Source: Vicugna vicugna (taxonomy: Eukaryota). From it: a stretch of DNA of 64,000 bases. Positions 34,279-64,000 of the stretch are shown in pieces. How positions within the stretch are numbered: position 1 is the stretch's first letter; each line of letters starts with the position of its first letter. The notes below the pieces were generated by a model. That model had not been told where the DNA came from. It did not search any database and was given only the letters and a program-made list of their open reading frames with translations. The translations under genes and the position numbers were made by a program. The stretch covers positions 3,659,050 to 3,723,049 of the forward strand of contig MU058781.1 in the NCBI GenBank assembly GCA_013265495.1, read 5' to 3'.

Positions 34279-37200
34279 GTTCGGAGCCCGCGGCCGGGCG
34301 GCGACCCCTTCCCGTCCGGCTCGTCCCTGGCCGCGCTGACTTGTCACCCTTTCTCCCAGGGATAAAACGCTTCTGAAGGAGAAGAGGAAGCGACGTGAGG
34401 AGCTGTTCATCGAACAAAAGGTTAGAGGGGAGGGAGGCGTTTCACAGCTTGGCTCGGGGTAGAATTCAGAGCCGGTAGGATATGGGGTGGGGAACAGTCG
34501 CTAGTGTTTTCTTCCGACAACAGTGAAAACTAGATGCCTGTGTTCTTTGCGTTTCACCGATTGAAAATGCGAGTGGGAAGCGATGTGACCTTGAAATTGT
34601 AGGGTCAGTCCCACCTCCGACGCTCAGCGGAGGTATTTTGTCTGAAACTGGGTCTCTGTGAGGATTCAGTGAAGGGCTTTGTAAACTCAGGGCATTAGAA
34701 ACGTAGAGGTTGAATGGTTTGCTCTCTGATGTTTAGCAGATTTGCCACAGAATTGATCTTAGATGGACGTGATTTTAAGTGCTTTTAATGTATAACCGTG
34801 ACGTGAAGATTGGAATACAGTGGGCAGTCTTCAAGTCTTCCGAAGAATGGGGACTAGGTTCTGAGTTTCCTGGTCCCAGTCTTCCCACAGCTTAGAGATA
34901 GTGAAGTGTTCAGCCCAATTTCCTTGCCGAGAGGTAGGGCTGTCCTTAAGATAGTTTCAGAAGCAATCCAGGGTATAATTTCACGTACCTCATTTTTTAT
35001 TGATTTTCGAATATGTCTTTAAGAAAAGGAAACTCCTTCCAGATACTATTCTAGAGAAGTTAACTACAGCTTCACAAACTAAGTAAGTAATGGATCTTGC
35101 TGTATTACTTGTTTATGCACAATCTTTGAATTACATACTGGTACACATGTTTATTTGAAACCGAATTGAAATTAAAAGGTTACACAGTAGATGTTGGAAT
35201 TTAGTGGGCAAGGTGGAGGAAAATATTCCACGTCTTAGCAGCCTTTTGCCATTTTTAAATTTTTGTTGTTCGTTCGCATAGGTAACTCTAGCTTCTGAGT
35301 TGCTGATCGCAGAGCGTTCATTCAGTAAACTGGATGAACCTGGCCCACTGTCTTTGTACTCCGGACAGGATAGAGGGTGTGAATAAAACTGTCTTGAAAT
35401 TTATCCTTTAGTGATATAGCAGGCACAGGCTCCTAAAACTCAGCCTGTCCCATACTTGCTTTACCTGCCACCAGCCCATCTTTCCTCCTTGTTCCCATTT
35501 CATTTAACAGCTTTAATATCCATTAAATGTTTAAAGCTGAATGCTGCCCACCTCTTCCTCATTTATGCCATGGAATCAAACTGTACTAAATTTAGTCTTT
35601 TAAATATTTGCTGTTTTTTTCATCTTTCCCCTTGTCACCTCTTACTGCTTTCAGTTCAGAAGTTTAGCCCTGTATTTTTTACCTAGGACTGTAGTTCTCA
35701 AATTTTCAATAAAAGAACTTTTCCAGTTATTCAGATTCTGAATACATCATGGTGGCAGAGTCCCTTTCATCTTTCAAAACCAATCTCAAATGTCACCTCT
35801 CCCTTCTCTGCCTCCCTCCACCCCATTACCTCCTCCACCTCTAGCTTTCCCACTGTGCAAGTGCTGTGTAGACCTCATTGTGTTTTGCCAGTTTACCTTT
35901 CTCTCCACTAGGCCTGTCTAGTGCTTGTCTCCCTCCCTATTTCTTGTGTCTAAACTGAATTAATCCTTTGAGATCTCTCTAAATAAGATGAGGCAGGCCT
36001 ACCACCTTTCACTTCATATTTCAAATACTGTATTATTATAATTCTTAAATTTCACATTACCTCTGTTAACTACAACGACCTCCTTCTTTGGAAGCCTGCT
36101 AACATACTCCTAGATTTTAAATTCTGAGAAGATACTCCCATCCTAGTATTTAGTTTGTTGACTTGGGAATTGTTCACTTGTGTGTCTTTTTTTTCCAAAA
36201 TTGATTAAAGATCCTAAGTAGAAATTGAGAATGGTGGTAATAAAATGGGGGTGTCTTATTTGTAAACCAGATAAAATTTTATAACAAGTTGAGTAATCTT
36301 TGCTATGTGCCATCCCAATCAGCTTTTTTCTTGTTTTCCCTTAGTCTAAAGAAATCACCCGGAAAGTTGAAAGAAGGTACGAACTATTCTAATTAAAGTA
36401 ACTTCACATTAAGTGTCAGGCGTGTTTGCAGATTATCTGCAGTCACATGTTACTGACCCTTAGAAAGACAGCATGGGAATAGGCCTGGCCAAATTTAGCT
36501 TGGGCCTCTTCTGTTTCTTACAAATAAAAATCACAAACAAATCAATGTGTAGTGGATATTTAAAGTGAACTCTAGTGTATGTTCCCGATTTATTTTTACA
36601 CAAATGCTACTTAGAAATATAACTTATTTTTTTAGTTAATTTGCAGAAGAAAAATGAAGACTTTGAGAAAGGAAGTGACTCCAAGAAAGCTAAAGTGCAG
36701 AAAGTACAGACTGTTGGGTAAGAAGAGTCATCTATTTTGTGTGTAGGATGTAAAGGTGACTCCCACCTTGGGAGGGAGAGTATTGGTTTAATTAGCAGCA
36801 GTTTCAGGCTGGATCCTCTGGAAAAATTTTGATATTTATATAAAAATGAAACATTTCTTTGCTCTACTAAAATGTAAACACTAGTTGTAAAGTAGCCATG
36901 TGATTTAGTTGTATTCGTTGTCTTACCTGTGCGTATACAGACAGTGTATGGGGGTTTTCCCCACTATTTGAGTCAACTAACAAAAATACTTTATTTTGAA
37001 ATTAAGCATGGCCTCATTTTGACCTTTTGAATTGCTCACCAGCCAGAATAAAAGCTACTTGGCTCTAAGGCTTAAAGACCAAGATTTGAGAGACTCAAGG
37101 CAACAAGCAGCCAAAGCCTTCATACAGAATTGTTTGTATGGTCCAGGAACCAACAGAACTACTGGTAATTTTCCTATGGACTATTTTTCTCCTCTTTTAA

Positions 37201-37678
37201 CTGCAAATTAAACAAAAAAGTGATAAATAATTATCTTTCCTAGTAAACAAGTTCCTGTCTCTTGAGAACAAAAGGTTACCGGTGAAAAAGGCTGCAGCCC
37301 AGTTTTTGAACCATGCCTGGGGTAAGATCCAGCTTTGGTCTCTTGAATGTGATAGTTTTATACATTGAATAATGTTCATTTTTAAAGAGGTAATAAATTC
37401 TCATGAAGTATTCATTTTTTCCATACAATGGCTTCCATTAATTATTTGGAAATTGCTTCTGAAGGCGAGGCCATTGTAGTATGTATGTGCATATGATGTG
37501 TCTAGTTTTAATATTTACATTCATGTTTCTTTTAGAACATTTGTGAATTGTTTTTGTGTATTTCTCTTTATTATTAACTGCACAAAACCTTCTATTTCTA
37601 GGATCTCAGAAAAAGCAAAATGCCAAGAGGTTTAAAAGACGTTGGATGGTCAGAAAGATGAAAGCTTCTAAGAAGTAA
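34019..37678 (+). CDS. NOL7: NOL7, nucleolar protein 7 (SSU processome component), spliced, 256 aa
   Basis: join(34019-34278,34360-34420,35024-35082,36345-36376,36636-36717,37043-37164,37244-37321,37602-37678) = 771 nt, all GT-AG and in phase; acidic N-terminus, basic C-terminus ...[18 protein letters not shown]. Confidence 0.95.
34360..34420 (+). CDS. NOL7: NOL7 exon 2
   Basis: [20 protein letters not shown]; follows an 81-nt intron. Confidence 0.94.
35024..35082 (+). CDS. NOL7: NOL7 exon 3
   Basis: [19 protein letters not shown]; tttaag| and |gtaagt. Confidence 0.92.
36345..36376 (+). CDS. NOL7: NOL7 exon 4 (32 nt)
   Basis: [10 protein letters not shown]; cttag| and |gtacga; its phase fits the neighbouring exons. 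Confidence 0.88.
36636..36717 (+). CDS. NOL7: NOL7 exon 5
   Basis: [27 protein letters not shown]; tttag| and |gtaaga. Confidence 0.9.
37043..37164 (+). CDS. NOL7: NOL7 exon 6
   Basis: [40 protein letters not shown]. Confidence 0.93.
37244..37321 (+). CDS. NOL7: NOL7 exon 7
   Basis: [26 protein letters not shown]; follows a 79-nt intron. Confidence 0.93.
37602..37678 (+). CDS. NOL7: NOL7 exon 8 (last coding)
   Basis: [25 protein letters not shown]. Confidence 0.93.
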
Positions 37679-37763
37679 ATCAAAGCTAAATGAAGAACGA
37701 GTACTTTGTATGTACAGAACTTAGTTATTTAGTTTAAAGGATTTCATTTTTCTAAAAAAAATT

Positions 37764-37769
37764 AATAAA
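37764..37769 (+). terminator. NOL7: NOL7 polyadenylation signal (AATAAA)
   Basis: First AATAAA, ~85 nt after the stop codon. Confidence 0.7.
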
Positions 37770-38528
37770 TCATTTATAAGTCATTTTAAAGGGTCGTTAC
37801 AGAAACCGTCAGTCTCTTTGAGGAAGCGCCCGGTCACACTGGGAGTGTAATCGTGCCTGTAGTCTTTGAGGGTCCTGGAAGAAAAAGCAGTTTAAAAGGA
37901 CTTGTTTGTCCATTAATTGAGACAAGCAGCACCCACACAGGCAGGGCGCCTCCGCTGCCCCCCCTCCCCCCCCCCGCAGCTGGCGCTGCAGGACGTCTTG
38001 CCTGCAGCTCTCAGATGCTTTGATCACTTGGACACTTTGGTGCTGTTGGTAAGAATTTCACAGACTCTGTGGAAGAATACAGTATCTAAGTGTAGATAAA
38101 TAATTGTTCTTTTTAAGAAGGTTCAAGCCTCAGTGTACAAAATACAGCCAGTGAACACCTTTGCAAATCAAAGGATATGGTTCTCGTGTTGAGCAGCTTG
38201 TTTGCATTTACTTTTAACCAGTTTGAGGGTTTGCTTTAAAACTGCAAGTCACATGCCATACGGTGATTATGGAAGTAAGATTAAAGGTTAATTTCCTGCT
38301 TGCTTTCTGTATCACCCACAGTATCAGGCTTGATCCTGATCCAAGGGAAGCCCATAAACTGAAGGTGGTTTTAGGCTGCAGGACTCAGAGTTACAGTAGC
38401 AACCATTCATTTTAACTGTTCTCATTTTATATTACAAAAAGTATGCAAGTACCTAATGTATAAACCATTGACACTCTGGTATCTGTAGAAGTAAATTTTT
38501 AATGGCTGGTTAATTATATCACTACATT

Positions 38529-38534
38529 TTTATT
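38529..38534 (-). terminator. RANBP9: RANBP9 polyadenylation signal (AATAAA on the minus strand)
   Basis: tttatt on +, ~810 nt past the RANBP9 stop, at the end of an AU-rich 3' UTR. Confidence 0.6.
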
Positions 38535-39342
38535 GCAATATAGTACTCATTTAAGCACTTAAAAATGGAAGGTGTACAAAGATTAAATTAAGACACGGTA
38601 AATTGACTAAATATTTGGTTTTTATATAAATAAAGGTCATAACCACACTGTTGACATGTAATACTGTTATAATACAACAGTTAAACTTGTGAGTCTACAA
38701 CAGAAGTCATCTGTAGTTAAACAGGAAACAAAGTTGAAAAGACCATGTTAAAACAAAACTACTGGGACTAACAGGTCGGGATTGTAAGTAGCAACAAACA
38801 TATTCACTCAGCTCCTGAGTATTTCAAGTTTTACAGTACACATTAAAAATGATTTCTTCCATCAACACTAAAAATTCAAACCGTCGGATGTTTATGCGTT
38901 TTGCAAGTTACACTGATTGAATGCTTATTTGGGAGCGGGGGTCAGAACATCTCCCACTTTGTAGTTTACATCACCCACATGCTAACACAAACACAACTTG
39001 TTCCGTTTCCTTCCCCCCTCTCTCCCCCCAACAAAGAAGGCAGGATTTTTTGGTTTCTTTTAGGTAATTGTTTCAAAGGATTTGTGATGATTAATTTGAT
39101 GCCTGAAATTCAGTAATATTTAACTCTTAGACAACTAAGAGGTTAAAGATGGAAAATAATTTCTCCTAACACTAAGTTAGAAAATCATTTGCATCATGCT
39201 GTAAACTAGGAAGCAATGTAAAGCGACAAAAACCTGTCCCCAGTACATAATTAAAAAAATCTAAATTTCAAATCAGCAGAGCTGGTCTACTTCCATGTTG
39301 ACTATATGCCACAATATAAGTGTGAGCTCCTTAAATGCATAG

Positions 39343-60742
<21,400 letters not shown>

Positions 60743-63700
60743 CTGTAAGAGAACACATTTCACTGAACATCTATCCTTTTTATGTTAAAAACTCATTCAA
60801 TTCTTTCAAATGCTATCTTCAAAATAACAGAACTACAAATTTACTTGATGAATATTTAAAAATCTCAGTCAAAAACTAGAAGAAGAAGACTAAAGCAAAT
60901 GATCTAACACACATTATATGCTGGCTGAAAAATATCACTTCCTGTAATCTAATCATCAAGAAAAATATGTAGCTGCCTAAGCCACTTACTTATTCAGAGA
61001 CCATATGGCATTATACTTCTAATAAATGAAGACATCATTCTTGCTCTTAAGAATATGTCATATAGTAATTACAGAGGTTCAAGTATAAACATATAATCCA
61101 GGTTTACCCTTTTATAGATGATCTATGTGATGCATTTCTAGAAACTGCATGTGAAAGCTAGTTACCACAGAAGTACATCCTAACAGGGCACGCACTATTT
61201 TAAGTTTACTAATTTCACATATCTGTACATCTGCTATGCCTTTATAAAAGGATGGTGATAAGAATTATAAGCAAAACAGTACCATTGGGGGTAGAGGTCC
61301 TTCATATAAAAATAAAAGACTCAAATCCACTTATTTCAAGAAAGGGAAAGGATGGATTTAAACATTCAAACTCATAAGAAATGCATTTACCCCAAGATAC
61401 ACTCCAAGATTTCAAGGCTAAACAATCAAGTTTAGTAGCTTCAAGTATGTGTTCAAAAAAGACAGGAGTCCTTCTTTTGGCTCTATCACTAGCTATTAAT
61501 CTAAAGGGGGGAATAAGTTACTGAATGTCTACTAAATGACAGGGTGTAATCATTATAATTCTGTTAAGTCATTATTATTATTTGCATTACAAAGATACAG
61601 AAATTGAGGACTAGGAGTAAATTAACTTGTTCGTGGTCATTCTACAGTATGGCAGACGTGGAATTGGAACACAGGTTTATCTGCTACCAAATCTAAGTTC
61701 AATTTTTCTTTCTATTACTCCAAGTCTACTTCATCTTCATTCTCTGTATTTATGCCTTATTTGTTTTAATGGTTATCACAAGTATTTTCAGTACAAATTC
61801 AGGTAAAGATTAAGAGGATAATCTGTGTATAAATATAAGATGCTTAGATTTTACTGCAAAAAGCTAAGACAGTGTTTTTAAAATTAACTGACCGACCAAG
61901 CAACCAAATCAAAAACAGAAGGCATGCACTGTTCCAAAATACTGAGAAATATAGTCACACTGGATTAGGGAAATAAATGATACTGCAATGTACACAAATG
62001 TACTGATTTTTCATAATCAACAAAACTAGCAAGTTAACAGAATTTTAAGCTAAGACAAGTGAGATGCTTATTACAACCTTCTCAGTTCACCAGTGAGAAA
62101 ACCGAGACCTCAAGAGCTTAAGGATTTATCCAAAAGCACGCAGCTTGTTCATGGTTCCCTACTCCAAGCATAGGACTCTTTCCATTAAAGCCCATTACAA
62201 AATTATGACATACTTTAAAACAATAATATATAAAGCCAAACACTCTTATGTCAAGACAAATGGACTTTATAGAAAAGAACCTGCCACATATATAATAAAA
62301 GATCAATATTCCAAATACAAAAAATATTCTCACAATACTGGAGGACAAAGATTACTAGTTCAAAATTTTTACACTGGCAATACATGGGCAATTTTAAGAA
62401 GAAATACAAAATGACAATAAAAATATGAAGAGACACAAACCCAATTTTTAAAAAAGCAAATTAAAATAAGATTTTTTTGCACATAAGATTTAAAAGACTG
62501 AGACATACCCAGTGTGGATGAAGACTGAGAAAATAAGCCTCCTCAGCCACTGTATACAGAAACGTGAGCCAATATAAAGCTGACAAAGCAATTTCACTTG
62601 TAAGAATTTAATCTCACAGAAAAACAAACATGTGCAAAGATATATGTCCTGCAGCATTAGTTGTAACAGCAAATAAAAAACTAAAAAGGTCCAGTCATAG
62701 GTGACATTATATACCACATGTCACTGAACCTCAGACTCCAGTAACTACAGGACTTAACCAACATCATGTCTAAGAAAAAAACACTAGTCATTAAACTCTG
62801 ACAGGCCACAGATTCTAAATTGCATCCTATTTCATGAACATTAAAATATGAAAAATATGTATCTTAGAATTGTGGTAGTACATCACACAGTAAGATATTA
62901 TAAAGACAAGCAAAAAGAAGAGTAAAAGATTTGTATGCAGATATAATGGACGCACTGGCTAATGTAAGTTCAAACAGGCCAAGAAGGACAGACCCTCAAC
63001 ACAATCATTCTGTCTAAAGAACCTGGGATTATAAGGAATTTCTCTTGTTTACATTACTGTATGTATAAACATTTCTTTTATTATTTGAATATATAACACT
63101 ATCTATGAAGTTCCTGTAATCAGAAAGTGGTAAAGAACTAAAAATGACAAAGTTAGCTCAGGCTCAATGAAAATACCTGTAACTTTTATACCACTTACTC
63201 AACCTTAAAACTGAAGAATCTGAAGGGAAGAGATTATTAAGGACATAGCTTGTAACTGGCTAAACTATAATTTTTAAAAAATACAACAGACTTTTTTACC
63301 TTGCTAGATTATAGATATCTAAAGACAGAATAAAATAACAATGCAATGGTTTTTAGTACAGTCACCGAGCTGTGCAGCCATCACCACTGTCTACTTTTAC
63401 ATTCTCATCACTCCAAGAAATAACCCCATACTCAGTAGCAGTCACTCCCTATGACCCACATCCCCTAACCCCTGACAACCACTAACCTACTTTTTGACTC
63501 TACTGATTTGCCTATTCTGGATACTTCAGATCAACAGAATAATGAAACGTGGTCTTTCGTGACTGGCTTCTTTCGTTTAGTATAATGTTCTCAAGGTTCA
63601 TCCATGCTACAGCATGTATCCACACTGTGGATTTATGTAAAACAATGTCTTCTCAGAAACTGTTTCTAAATTAAAAAAAAAATCACTCTTGCCTATGTAG

Positions 63701-64000
63701 AATTAGACAAAAGTGAAAATAAAGTCTCTATCAAGAGAATAGAAAAATATGTAGGTCTCATTTCTATTATCCCATGGAAGATGAAGTTACTAAAAATACT
63801 ATTTAAAAGCCAGTATACACAGTAAAAGTCATATTCTCAATATCAGAGTTTTGTTCTTTTATATTTAAAAGATTTTTTCCTAATGAAAATGAAAGTAAAT
63901 GTATCTATAAAAAGCAGATTTCAAATGAGCCTAAGGGAACTGGAAAGTGGCCTCATTTTAAACGTGAATAGCTTCCAGAACAAAAGGAATTTCTCTAATT

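Larger units (their letters stand above)
33070..34640. promoter_or_regulatory. NOL7: CpG island / NOL7 promoter with NRF1-like, CRE-like, ETS and DR1 motifs
   Basis: High CpG density; tgcacatgcgc ~33877, ttacgtca 33952-33959, cttccgg 33978-33984, GGGTCAgAGGTCA 33983-33995. Confidence 0.85.

Noticed and set aside
33779..34417. N-terminal extension of NOL7 (186-aa ORF) and antisense ORFs of 143-152 aa
   Set aside because: The extension starts at GTG in the promoter; the antisense ORFs are shadows of the GC-rich acidic exon
60743..64000. Expected short upstream RANBP9 exon (GIAFTDLP region)
   Set aside because: Not found here; it most likely lies beyond the window end, so this is not evidence of exon loss

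Overview
This is eukaryotic (mammalian) genomic DNA, probably from a camelid, judging by Vic-1-like tRNA-derived SINEs and cetartiodactyl-type L1 tails. It covers the conserved SIRT5-NOL7-RANBP9 block. SIRT5 (+): CpG-island promoter at ~7.0-7.8 kb and 8 coding exons at 11620-30992, encoding 310 aa with catalytic, Zn-binding and acyl-specificity residues intact. NOL7 (+): CpG island at ~33.1-34.6 kb and 8 exons at 34019-37678, encoding 256 aa. RANBP9 (-): the last 9 exons at 60742-39343, tail-to-tail with NOL7; the 5' exons lie beyond the window. Most ORFs in the supplied track are spurious or are exon fragments. The main findings are: (1) a near-identical ~310-bp tandem duplication containing the acceptor and first 80 nt of SIRT5 coding exon 2, either an assembly artefact or a splice-disrupting allele; (2) an intact alternative terminal SIRT5 exon at 25627-25669 ([14 protein letters not shown]) resembling the human isoform-2 tail that I recall being described as primate-restricted; (3) splice signals suggesting a divergent spliced transcript from the SIRT5 promoter; (4) a hairpin-associated micro-duplication in a RANBP9 intron; (5) a consensus DR1+ETS module at the NOL7 start. 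I found no evidence of a wholly new gene system.
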